NCBI GenBank assembly: GCA_051294375.1 | Contig: CM119269.1 | Location: 6,185,919 to 6,249,918 of the forward strand | From: Paraspadella gotoi | Lineage: Eukaryota; Animalia; Chaetognatha | Direction: 5' to 3' | Length of the DNA: 64,000 nucleotides | In this document: positions 40,109 to 54,064 of the stretch, piece after piece | Position numbering within the stretch: the first letter of the stretch is position 1 | Layout of the letters: each line of letters begins with the position of its first letter | Position numbers and translations under genes: made by a program | The notes under the pieces: model-generated | The model's input: only the letters and a program-made list of their open reading frames with translations | Databases searched by the model: none | Told to the model about the DNA's origin: nothing

Positions 40109-41996
40109 TCATCTCTTAATAGTATCCGATCGTTCCAGTATTGCCAATGCTTCCCTCACAGCGTCTCGGCCGTTTGACTCTTTTGTGCGCGTCGAATGTA
40201 CATCTGAATGCAAATAAAATTGAGAGCTAATTCCTTGATAAATTAAAAGGATGATAGTATTTGGAAATGAGAATTAAGTTGCTGAGAATAAAATATTAGC
40301 AATATTAGTCGCCACAATGTATTAGAATTAACAAGTTTAGTCACAACTTACCTATAGATCCTAGGGCGAGGGTCATTTTATAATTGGAATCTGGATCAGA
40401 GTTGTAACGATCAGGATAATATCGATCGTCAGGTAGCGGTGACTTTTTTAGGTCAGCATTGTAACGATCGTCAGGCATGGGTGCTTTCTTGAAGTCGTCC
40501 CTAATAGAAACTTTTTGGGTAACTTTACTATTCGACGTCCGTAACCAACCTTAGGTACCACCGGTCGGTGATTTGTTAATCCATTTAGTTTTGTTTTAGT
40601 AATACAAATTTTATAATAAAAAATTGTTTTAAATTTATTTTTGTTATTTTTATGTTTGAGGTAGAAAAGGATTTGTGTATTTATGTACGAATTTTATAAA
40701 GAAACAAATTTCGGACATGTTTCAGCTTCAATGTAAGGCTTCATTAGCGCAAAAATGAATTGATTTGTGAAACAAATATTTTCACAGACTTTCTCTCTCT
40801 CTTCTAACTTTAAAATCTGTCAAAATATTTTTTTTCACACATCCATTCGTTTTTGCGCTGAATGAGGTTTAAATTGAAGCCTAAACATATCCGAAATTTG
40901 TTTCTTAACTCATTGTATGTAAACAAACAAGGAAAGGAAAAATAATATTTTTAAAACGGTTAGCAATTGGGTTAAAGTTAGTTAGGGATTAGGGGTGGTT
41001 AGGAATTTGTAATAAAAAGTTTTTCTACCTTTACCAGTATCTTTTTTTTTTTTTTTGCTTACCGAGATTTTTATATAAATCGCTCACAAGAATCAAGAAG
41101 CGAAAAAAAAAATAACCGACCGCAAAATCCCGGTCGGCGAATGTAAAAATAAGCCTTTTTTTTTCTCTGGGTCGTCAAGTTAAAGCAGAACGGTTTTAAA
41201 TAAATGATGCTCGTTTTTCTTCTAAATAACTAAGTAATTAGTAAGTAAGTATGCTCTTCTCTACTTGTAAGTTAGCCTCATTTATTATAAGCTATTTTAC
41301 TACTTACTCTCCAAGAGATAGTGGTACAGCTCCATGATAAGGTCCAGGGGGTGGCCCTTGGTAAGGACTAAAGATAATTTATGGGATTAGTTATTGATTA
41401 AAAACTATTATTTCTGAAGTGTATTCGTAACTCACTATGATTTTGATGGCTCGTGGTCATTTAGCAGCGGTTCATCTGATAAAGAAGATAGTTGTTAGAT
41501 TTACGTTTGTTTGTGTCTTACACCACCTCTGAATTACCGGCTTTTTCATCGTCGTTGATCATGCAACATCCGGCCATTAATACCATAATGAATCCAATTC
41601 TTAAAGTGAATAAATGTATTATAATTAATACCGTTCTTTGACATGGAAAAAAATTGATGTTTGATTGTGTTTTTGAAGCTTGCTTTTGACTTTTTTCATT
41701 TCCCTTTCGGCCGAGTTTATGACTATGACGATTTTATTTTTTCTCATTTCTTTGGTTCCTCTACTTCTCTCACGCGAGAATTGTCATTGCCCCAAATAAG
41801 TCAACTTTCGCGGAAACAGAAAAAAAAAATTGTCGAAAAAACATCCGACTTACGCGAGAAGGATGATCCCGAACACGAGACAAACGAGCCAGGATCCCAG
41901 GGTGGAGAATCCTATTATGAGCGCGAGTAGGGCTATGAACCCTCCGATAATGAAGATGAGGCCAAAGCACATGCAGCAGAACGACCCCCGCTGCAT
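40109..41996 (-). CDS. Small two-TM membrane protein, paralog A (6 exons)
   Basis: MQRGSFCCMCFGLIFIIGGFIALLALIIGFSTLGSWLVCLVFGIILL|AIGFIMVLMAGCCMINDDEKA|DEPLL..|YPYQGPPPGPY..|EDDFKK..NYKMTLALGSI|DVHSTR..IKR*; all GT-AG and in phase. Confidence 0.75.
40517..41155 (-). mobile_element. Second copy of the ~700 bp element with hammerhead-bearing palindrome
   Basis: Reverse-complement match to 36180-36889; both flanks are T-runs on the + strand. Confidence 0.75.
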
Positions 41997-42717
41997 CCTT
42001 TTGGTTTTTCTGCTCTCGCTGGATGAGGATTACTTTATTTGGCGATTTGTCGCATCTTTGCGCGCGTTGATTAAATCCGTCGACGTGTTGCAGAATTCGT
42101 GACAGAAAACTATATTTATGATTGTAGATTTCACGTTTGAAAGAAAAAATAAAAGAAAAAACTCTGGTGCGATAAACTCGACCTACGAAATAAAAAAAAA
42201 AACTCGTCGGTCTGGTCGTCATCGCTTGGGCGTTGTGGGGTAACGCCGTCCGTAATGATCGCGGCGGGCGGGCCGGTCGAAGAACCTGTCGTCGCGAACA
42301 AGGGCAGAATAGGATTGTCGACAATCGGATCGTCTTGGGATTACGCAAGAAGGTCAACCGTCATAATCATAATTTGACCAAAAAATAAATACGATCTTGC
42401 TTTGGAGAAGAAAACATTGATGTTAAAAAACCGCCAAGTTATAAAGATTACTCTGTCCTGGGAAAGTTCAACCATCACTCTCGGCCAGTTTTACACTTGG
42501 GTATTAAATTAAAGCCAAAGACAACTCATTCAAACGGGACGTCCTCCTTTAGCTTTATTACTGAAATTGATTGTGACTAGTGAAAAAAAAAAATAAAGGA
42601 CAGTCACTTTTAATGATATTTTATATATTTCATAAGTAAATCAGCATTGAGAAATGAGCAAAATAATATATTTTATCTACGATCTCGTTCATTTACAAGT
42701 AACAACGTCGATATCAT

Positions 42718-43768
42718 TCAATCTTTAAAACTCTTCGTTCCATCTGTGGTGCCGAATTCGACGTACGGCTTTTCAGCGCCACCTGTGGCTCCGGCCGCTG
42801 CATCGTCGACACCATCGCTCGCGTTCTGACCGCCGCCATCTTTAGACTTTTCGGGACGAGATCGGACGTCTGCTTTGAAGTTTGAATTTTAAAATGTTTG
42901 TAACGCTCTACTTAGAATTATTAATAGAACGAAATCTAAATTTTTTACAAGTTTTCCGGGTTTGTTTTAGATTTTTATTGTATTTATCATTTTATGTATG
43001 ATGCAGCTAACCTCGAATGTTTGGAAAACCGGCAAAATTGTCTAATTGAAATTGGAGAGAAAAAGAAAGAAGTTTACTTTCAAACATCCGCAGCTATAAA
43101 ACTAAAAGTAAATAATATAGTAGATAGGACTATAGGTCACTATTAAAATTCAAAAAGATGATTTCATTTTACCTTATTCTTTATGACTAATTTTCTAAAA
43201 TATAAAAATAATAAAAAATAAGAAGTGCTGAATCACCCAGCTTGCCTTTGGCACCGAATTCCATGAGAATTAGCTTACCGATAGAACCAAGATTGAGCGT
43301 CATCCTGTATATGTGATCTTTCGTCGCTGGGGTAAGGGGAGGAATGGACTGGTCCTTCTTCTTGGGCCTAAATTTTTAGCAATCAATTTCAGAAATTATC
43401 CATTTTCTTTATTTTTTCTTTTCAAAAAAAAATAAATATTCAAAATCATCTTACTTTACTAAGGACGGCAGGGCACCGAAGTAAGGCCTGGATTGAAAAT
43501 AGGAAATATAATTACGTATTATCACAAATAAAGACTATAATTAACTATATTTCTCGTTAAACCGTTACCTTTTTGGCTTCTCATCGTCCTTGAATACGGC
43601 ATAGTCTGAAAGATAAAAGTTAAAAGTGTTACGTTACATCAACGATTAAAGGTTGTCTCTATCCGTCAAATAATTCTTCCGAAATGGACTACGAAAATTT
43701 GGGACCGGTTTGTACGCCTCCGTCTCCCCGCTTTACGTCCGATTCTTATTCGGTCTCTGATTTCAGAG

Positions 43769-43819
<51 letters not shown>

Positions 43820-44933
43820 CCCGTTTTTCATTTTGTTTCAAGCGTCTGCGACAGCCTGTCTCTTTCTGTCACTCGAAAGGTTTTTTTTTTCTCTCTTTTT
43901 GAAAAACTCGAATTGAAAAGAGACAAGAGCGAGGACTGGAGATCAAGACGATTTCCAACCATGAAAAGTAGAGAAAAACATTCGTTATGTCCCCTTCAAC
44001 TTCGTTCCCACTTTTTATGTCAACTTATCCCCTCCGACCCCCCGAATTCATTTCTCTCACATGGTCATTTTCTCGGCTGACCTTTTCGATGCTCCCTTTC
44101 TCTCTAGTCTCTCTACTCTCCCCTCCCATTTAATCGCTTCCTCCCCTTCGCTTTTAAAATGTCTTGTACATATAAAAGCCTCTAATCGATCAACCATCCC
44201 AGGAATAAAAAAAAAAAAGCTTTTAAGGAGAGTGGGAAAAGGAGACGAATTTGTCACGATTTTTATCCGTCAATCGCGGTTTAATAATTGTAGTTGCGAA
44301 TATTGATTATACACAATGGAGCAACGTTAACTTACCGCTGACTTCGTCGTCATCAAACTCGAAATAAAATGACGCAATGAGCGCAATCAAGAATCCCAAT
44401 CTGCAAGAAAAACATTTAACAGATTTAAATTTTTGTTATCGCTTAATAATCGAGGTTTAACTCTTCCCCCATAATTATTTGCATTATTTTTTCGGGAACG
44501 CGGAGGTTTCGTTAGTTCCGTAAACGATGACCTTGGTTCACTCTGCGAAACTCGCTCTGACCCCGGGTTCAAGACGCTACGATTTCACGAGAGAGAAAAC
44601 AACAAGGACGAGAACGAAAAACTAACCACAACAACAACAAAGGAATAACCCCGAGGATTACCGGGAACAATGATTGATGGTTGATGGTTGATGACCCCAT
44701 CAATGATGATCAAACGACAGGAATCAACAACAAAAAGAGCAGAAAGTTACAGCCTTACCATAAGTCTTATTACAATAACGGCCTTACCCGGCCAGCACGC
44801 CGCCGACGATGATCAGCGTCAGGAATTCGGGACCCAAGACGCCGATGGCGACGAGGAGACAGACGAACCCGGCGACCGACATAGCCACGCCCAAAGCGAC
44901 GAACCCTAACGAGATTTTGTTAGTTCTCTTCAT
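42718..44933 (-). CDS. Small two-TM membrane protein, paralog B (6 exons)
   Basis: MKRTNKISLGFVALGVAMSVAGFVCLLVAIGVLGPEFLTLIIVGGVLA|GLGFLIALIASFYFEFDDDEVS|DYAVFK..|RPYFGALPSLV|KPKKK..IYRMTLNLGSI|DVRSR..FKD*; same intron phases as paralog A. Confidence 0.75.
43772..43818. repeat. (GT)n microsatellite
   Basis: Direct read. Confidence 0.95.
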
Positions 44934-45438
44934 TTTTCGCGTCTTTTGTTTAAAAGATGACGAGGAAAAAAATTCGGGTTTTAGCCGCTAGGAGCGCGCA
45001 TGGCCCGCTCGTGGCGCTTCGACGTTGAAAGGGGTGACCATGGGGGTCGATCCTGCGAAAGAAAACAAACGAATTCTTTATGAGTTGTTTTTTTTTTATT
45101 TTGCTTTTGTTTTGGTTTGTTTGTTTTTTTTTTATAGAAAATTTCTGTAGTTCCAGGTCGAGAGAACGATTTCGATTGTTTACAGGAAAATTTGTCCTTT
45201 TATGTTTGAAAGGATTTCGAGTCTCGTCTTATCTCTTCTTTCTCTACAGATTACGCGATCCTGAAGAAAACAGACCGAGACTTTGTTTCGTTCTATTTCA
45301 TGTCGAACGTACGTATATAATCTACTTAGAAGGGAGAAAGAGAGAAAGGGACGAAGAGGGAGAGAGCGAGGCCTTTAACGTAATGATGAAACCGGTCGTT
45401 CCGGTTTCAAACCTTCTTTTTCAGAATCGCTAGTTACT

Positions 45439-46833
<1,395 letters not shown>

Positions 46834-47199
46834 TTCTCTTTCTAAACGTTAATAATCCTATTAAAGTATTGATACAACAGGGTTTAGATTTTAGGATGAC
46901 CTCTTTCAAGCTAAATATTTGTCTTAATGGTATATTGTAGAATTATATTAGGACATAAAATTTAAATTCTTTTAAGCTCAAACTGTTTCTGACTCTCCGA
47001 TCACGTGTTTAGCTTATTTTTTTCCACTTTTTTTTACGTTTGGCCGTGGGCTCTCAGCCCGATAAACTTGAAATTCTGGAAAGAAGACGAACAGGATTTT
47101 CAAATTAAAGGAAAATTGAATGTTTTATTTTGCAAGTTCATTGAATAAAGTAGAGGTATCTTGACTGTGTCGATAAAGCTTTTATTTATAACGTAGTAT

Positions 47200-47770
47200 G
47201 AACAGTAGAGTGATGTGAAAATGATAAAATTTTAGAAAATTAAAATTTAGCATATAAAACATGAACATAAAAACCAATAAAAATATTTTGGTAAATTTAT
47301 TTTTTAATTTTATACATTAGTGGGCACCAGTGAGCTATATTTATATATAGTAATAAGTATATAATAGGCTAAAATTTCAAAATACAAATTTTTAAATTTT
47401 AAGATCGGATTTGGATTCTTTGTAAAAAGTTATTATAAGAAAGTATAACTCTTTTTTAAAAATTCTTTTATTAAGTTAATCAAAAATGTAAAAAACTATA
47501 TTTAAGACGCCATTTTAAATTTCCAGCTTAAAAATATAGTTTTTTGTAATTCTAACCTACTTAATGACATAATTTTTTAAAAAGATTTATACTTTCTTCT
47601 ATTAACTTTTAACGAGGAATCTGAAAAAAACCATTTTAAAATTTTGACATTATATAAGGGAAGTACTATATACAAAATAAGCTGACTGGGCTACTATATT
47701 TATAAAAAAAGAAAAATAATTATAGATCAGTATTCACTAATATGATAGTTTTCAAGATATAACTGCTAAA
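47200..47770. repeat. Copy of the foldback MITE family (cf. 6621-7232); shorter copy at ~54415-54745
   Basis: Shared blocks such as cagcttaaaa(a)tatag(c/t)tttt and atttggattc..aaagtataa. Confidence 0.65.
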
Positions 47771-48169
47771 TTTGGATTCAGTGGCAGCAGCAACACGCGA
47801 CCTCATCCGATCATCTCTCTCTCCCAATCACTGGCCGATCACCGGTCACCACCACTCTGTCCTCAGCCGGTCTCTCTGTACAGTTTATTGTTATGGTTTA
47901 GACTTAGCATTATTTGTAATTGATGTCTGTATTATTCGTTGGAGAATAAATCATTCTCGATCTGAACTTCGTCTCTTTAATAATTGCCACAATTCCAAAC
48001 TTTCACTTCACCCTAATGAACAGTGTTTATTGAACCGTGATACGATTAAAAAACAGTTACTCTGTTTGAAACAATAAACGGTTATATCGTATTTCTCTAA
48101 ATTCTCTCCCAAATATAATCGACTGGTTTCACTCTCCCCACCTCCTCCTCCATCAGCAACCCCTCCTCC

Positions 48170-49744
48170 TCATTCACCTCCTCCTCCTTTCTTCTCTCCT
48201 CCCTGCGCGGAGATTTGAGCGGCGAGGTCTCGCAGGAATTCCTCGTCGCCCTCGAAGGCGGTCACTGAAGGCATCGCCGCGGGCGCTGATGAAAAGGGTG
48301 GACGGTGGAGGGGGGGATGTTGGTGGATGGAGGTGGATTTAAGGGGGATTCTCTTTTTAAATCGTCCAGTTCCAATTTCCGCCATTCTGTTTTTGACCTC
48401 CGATCGTACTCTTTTCTTCGTCTTTTCACTTCACCAATATTTTCCTTCTCCATTTTCCTTAACCCTTTCTCTTTCAAAATTTATATTTATTTATTTATAT
48501 TTATATCCCGGATATCATCCCATCCCCAACCCCCTGGTACCATCCTCATCACCATCCCTAATCCGCAATTCCATCTCATCCCCAATCCCCACCATCCTTA
48601 ATCTCCAATTCCATCTCATCCCCATCCCAAATCTCCATCCTCCATCCCCATCCCCACCTTCCACTTTGATGGATCGCGTGGACGAGACTTTGATGCTTCG
48701 AATCGACGTCCCGCCTTTGGGAGGAGGAGGAGGAAGAGGAGGAGGAGTAGCTAAGAGAAAGAAAGAGAGACGTCGAAAGATATCGGTTAAGCAAATCATC
48801 GTCAAAGGGTTTGCGCATGATGTACTATAAATAAATTATAGAATATGAAAAACAAGACGAAAAAGATTTAGATTTTCATGATGATGGGGGAAAATTGATT
48901 CGAGTAATGGAAGGAATTTGCTCCTTGAAGATATTTATAAGGATTGATAATTGATAATTGATTTACCGAACGCGTTTGACGGCGCTTCCGACGCGACGAG
49001 GACATCGGCGTCGTCGACCCCGGCGTTAGACCCGGCGGCAGCGTCGGCGGAAACGGCAGCTGCGGCAGCTGAGGCGTCTTCAGCGGCGCCCACGGGTCGA
49101 AAGGCGCTTCCGCTGGAATCGATCGGACTTTGGGGCGGCGACGATGAAAATCCTGAGGGACAAGATAAAATGAGAATGTTTTGAAGAAGACGACGACGAC
49201 GAAAACGACGACGATGACGAAGACGACGTCCAAAGCGCAATTTTAGACTATATATTTTTTTGTTTCTGTTTATTTGGAGAAAATCGGGGTTGGGCGAACG
49301 AAAATGAATTGGGGGGGGGGGAGGGGAAAAGTGGGTTCTCGGTTCTAGTCACCTGAGGCTCCGGCGAAAAAAAAAAATAGAATGTTGGTTGGATGAGAAC
49401 TTACGACCTTTCGATGGTGTCGCATTAATGGTGACTTATGACCTCAAACAAATATCAACAACGACAACAATGGCGTCGAGGTTCGAGGGAAGGAGGTGAT
49501 CTTTCCAAAGCAGTATAATGACTATGAGGAATAAACCGAGGACGACGACGACGAAAACGACGAAAACGACGACGCCAACCTGTGTCGTCGCCTTTTGTGC
49601 TGTGAATCCTGCGCACGATTCTCGGACTCGCGCGAGGTCGAGGAACCGACGAGGAAGACGGGACGGTGAGCGAGGATTTGGAGATGGCGGGAAAGGCCCT
49701 GGTTGGGGATGTGGGGTGAGGAAGGGGTTAGTTGAGAGAGGAGA

Positions 49745-49814
<70 letters not shown>

Positions 49815-50629
49815 ACTGCCCACACAGAAGGAGATCAAATCAATCTAAGATTTTTCTCCCGTGAAAATCCCCCTAACAAAACGAGGACGGACATTTCCCT
49901 TTCTATCTCAGTCTCCACCTCCGTTCCATCATCGGCGAAGGATTCGGCGCCCACGCCGCCTTGGAGACGGACTGGGCGGCGTCCTTTTCGGTTTCCATCG
50001 CCGCCGTCAATCGCTCCGCCGCCAATAGATAGCGCTCATCGTCGTGTTTTGGATCTTGTGGTTTCCTGAGTGGAATTAAAATAAGTTAAACGCTTCTTCA
50101 CTGCGTCTCTCTCCCTCTCACTCTCTCTCTCCCTCCCCCCCTCCCCTTTTCACTTCAGTATCGTGTTCTTCCGATAATCTGGCGAGGGCAAAATGATGGC
50201 GACGCTCTCGGCGCGATCTCTATTCGGCTTGAATTCGCGGACGACGTAGATGGCGCTGTGTGGGAGTGTTTGATTTATGTGTGGGAGTGTTTGATTTATT
50301 TGTTAACTGTTTTACCGGTGGTTTTAATGAGATTGTATCGATTGAGTGATTGATCTAACGATTTCCAGTTTCCGACCTGGGCGTGGCCATAATGAACCCG
50401 ACGCAGATGAAGACCGTCCCCGCGACGACGCCGTTGATCGCCGCCGAAGACTGGAAGAGAATCGCGACGGAGATCAACATCGTGACGAGACCGACGGCGC
50501 TGTTGGGGAGAAAAACCGACAACATGTCATTGTGAGGCCGACAAGGTTGCTGGAAAAAATATATTGTGGCAGGAGATGTTTAAGGCACGAGGTTTAGATC
50601 GAGAATGATTTATTCTCCAACGTAAAATA

Positions 50630-50699
<70 letters not shown>

Positions 50700-50961
50700 G
50701 GAGATAGTTTCGTAGGGTCACAGAAGGTTGTGTGTGGTTACTGCCACAATATTAATATTTTCTATAGAAAATCTTTTGACTCGGATCGATCAAATGTTTC
50801 ACTGACCTGAACACAAATCCGAGACAAAGGCAGACGACGGCGGGACGATTCCACTCCACGCCAATTTTGTCCTCTTTCTTTCCATCGTCATCTGGGGCGT
50901 TGATTTCCCATTCCCAACTCTCGCCATCTGCCGTTTTCACTTTGAACGTTTTTCCCGACAT
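48170..50961 (-). CDS. Multi-exon membrane protein gene, probable paralog C; apparent frameshifts (pseudogene or assembly errors)
   Basis: MSGKTFKVK..PAVVCLCLGFVF|SNLVGLTM / LSVFLPNSAVGLVTMLISVAILF..GTVFICVGFIMATP|SAIYVVREF... A continuous frame needs single-base fixes near 50523 and 50038; the 3' exon frames are ambiguous. Confidence 0.45.
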
Positions 50962-51883
50962 TCTGGCGCGAGAATTTAAATGAGGTTTTTTTTTTGTTAC
51001 GGACGGTGAAGTTGCTCGATGAAAAATTCATCCATTGTTTTTTAGTTGAATATTTTATTAACCTTATCATACTAGAGAGGGTAGGTTTAATTTTAAAATT
51101 TAATTAAAAGTTTAAACTTTGAAGTCTATTTAGGCCAAAAACATTATAGTTTCGTATGAGTAAAAATTATTTGAAAGATCATATCGCGAAACTTACCTAT
51201 CTATGAGATATCATTTTTTAAAATAATTCTTCGGCACCGCTATACGTATAATTAAATATTTTTTAAAAACTCTCTTTTGGGCGGCATAAATTCTGTGAAA
51301 GTTTAAGTTTAAGTGAATGAAAGAAAAATGTAGGCGAAGTCTTTTCTTATCGGGGTAGCGATCGCGAGCTTTCGATCCGAGACGAAAGGACAATCAAATA
51401 TTTGAAGAGTCAAAAATTCGAATTGGTTTATTGAACAAAATGTATTAAAAAAAATAAAACTACCTTTGTCAACAAAAAAAAAAGTAGTTTTTTCTCTTTT
51501 CTGGACTGGGCGCCGTCGAGCGCCCCTTCGTATCGGTTAGATTTTCCTTGTATGGAATGACAACAACAAAAAAAAAAAAGAGTCAGGGGAGAAAAAAAAA
51601 TTAATTGGGACGAGAGACGGGGAGGTTCGTCGCCGTCACTACGAATCCGAGTGTTTGCTTTGTCTCTTTATTATTTTTTTCTCTCTCTCGATCACGATCA
51701 TTTTTTTATTCTCTGATTCGATATAAACGGATTTAGTGACCGATTAGAAATCTTTCCTTTTCTTCTTTCTATCTATTAACGGGGAGCTTCGCTGTTGCTG
51801 TTCTGATCTTCAGCTCCGATTACTGTAGACTTTTCGATTCCGTTGAAACTGCTACGTACTGAAGAGACAGTAATAATTGTTAT

Positions 51884-52146
51884 GTGTTAGCGACAGAACC
51901 GTTCAATATAAGCAGTTCCTGAGCTTCGGATCAGGTTATAACACTGTGTGACAGGCGGGTTATGCGCCCCGTCCCTCATAACTGCTAGGCGACCACCGGG
52001 CTAGAGCCCCGGACCATTGGGTTGGGAGGAGAATGACTTGCCTCCGGCACCAATGGCCGCAGATGAACGGTTGGTGGATTTTAGTCCACCATAGTACGTT
52101 CATTCGGAATTGCAAAAAGTTGGCGGATCTGATCGAAATCGGTTTT
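51884..52146 (+). ncRNA. Candidate structured RNA of unknown family
   Basis: GC-rich island with at least 7 complementary helices, a C(UUCG)G loop, and a 3' hairpin followed by TTTT (see findings). Confidence 0.5.
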
Positions 52147-53060
52147 CGATGATTCGCTTTGTTGCGCTAATCAATACTTTCTGGTTTCTGCGCTTCGGAG
52201 AGAATATAAATGAACACCAGGGGAAAATTATAAAGAATAATTTATTAAATTATCTTCTTCGAAACAACAACGGATGAACGTTAACGTATCTGCGCCTATT
52301 GTAGTAGATGCCAGTGTAAAAAAAAAGCTTTACGTTTTAGAATAAAACTGAATTCGATTGCACAAGCAACGACTCATCCATTTACTATCCAATGTATTTT
52401 ATACATCGTATAGTAAAATGGGTATATATGGTAAAAAAACACAATGAATTAAATAAGGAAAATTAATAAGGTTTTCGATGTACAATTGGCAATACAATAT
52501 CATCGAATTAATCAATAATGATAAATAAAGCAACAACAGGGATCGTTGGCCAGATGTAGCGACGTCCCTTTACAAGAGTAAATAAAAAATACCATTGATA
52601 ACTAAAAATAATAGCTAAAAAAAATGGCAGAAAAATGGTTACACTATCAGTGTAAGGCAACGCTCTACGTCAGAATTAGCGTGCGAACCGATTATATTCT
52701 TCGTACGCTGGGGTTAATTCCTATAACGAGAAAAATGATTAGTTAAGCTATTGTCTAAAACGTCCAAACTGAAAAAAAAAAGGCACAGGAGTAAATTGAG
52801 CCAAGGAAATTTTTTCAAGATTCACGAGCCAACAACTTCACAAAATAAGAAAGCGCAATGACTAATTATTGGAATATAAAAGGATAAAGGCGATTGGGGA
52901 GTGGAGCGTGGGGAAAGAGGGAATAAGCGGCAGGAAGGTTAATTTCTAAATTTATAGACTCGAAGGAATAATTTAACCGCGTATACATAATTTACATATG
53001 TTACACAGATTTTAAAATATTATATTGTCCGTGGCACTTATACGAAACTAAGGGTCAGGT

Positions 53061-53308
53061 CAGGGGCGGCGAGAGGGGGGGCATCCTCGCCTTAGGCCCG
53101 GGAGAAGAGAGAAAAAATAAAAATAAAAAAAAAGAAGAAAGAAAAATAAAAAAAAAAGAAGGGAAGAATTAAGAGAAGTTTGAGCACGGGAGCAATTTTC
53201 AAGACAGAAAGTCGGTAATCGAAAACTAAAAACTAAAATTTTGGAGAGCGGGGGGGAGGCGACCAGGGGGCCAGTGGAGGGGCCCGCCATTTCTCTCGCC
53301 GCCCCATG
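53061..53308. mobile_element. Short hAT-like MITE
   Basis: TIR caggggcggcgagag ... ctctcgccgccccatg; partial TSD ggtcaggt / ggtcaaat. Confidence 0.6.
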
Positions 53309-53659
53309 GTCAAATTACCAATAATAAATATACACAAAACGTATTGCGATTTGGATTGCAACATGACAACGTCCTTTATTGCCGATGGCTGATCAAAACG
53401 TAACAAAACGTAACAAGAAGAACCTTTAGGCAATAATGAAATCTTTCGCTGATTAAATAAGATGACAAAAAGAGAAACGTTTGGATAACGATGTTTTTTT
53501 GTTTTAATTTTTCATTCGTTTATTAGTAAACAAACGAAAAGTTGAATGCATCAGCTTGAAACAACTTCTTGTAGTAGAATTTAGTTTCATATTTTTTCTC
53601 CATCTCAGTCCGTAAGTCAATAGTATCTCTTTAATCTTTTGCATCGTATTTTCGCTCTA

Positions 53660-53960
53660 ATTCATTCAGTCATCCTTACATTCATTCAGTCATCCTTACA
53701 TTCATTCAGTCATCATTACATTCATTCATTCATTCATTCATTCTTACATTCATTCAGTCATCCTTACATTCATTCAGTCATTCTTCCATTAATTCAGTCA
53801 TTCTTCCATTCATTGAGTCATTCTTCCATTCATTCAGTCATTCTTCCATTCATTCAGTTATTCTTCTATTCATTCAGTCATTTTTTCCATTCATTCGGCT
53901 ATTCTTCCATTCATTCAGTCAATCTTCCATTCATACAGTCATCCTTCCATTTATTCAATG
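53660..53960. repeat. 20-bp-period CATT-derived minisatellite
   Basis: Tandem units like cattcattcagtcat(c/t)ctt(a/c). Confidence 0.9.
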
Positions 53961-54064
53961 ATATATTTCGTTCTTTCACTCATTCATTCTCCCTCCTCTC
54001 CTCTCCTTCCCAACTCTCTCCACCATCACCCTTCACCCACTCCTCCCTCAACCCCAAACTCTTC

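Noticed and set aside
51939-52012. Twister-like taacactg, MRP-like gccccggacc and telomerase P6.1-like hairpin within the structured island
   Set aside because: Required partners are absent: no twister P2 3' strand, no downstream GGGGCT, no CTAACCCT template.
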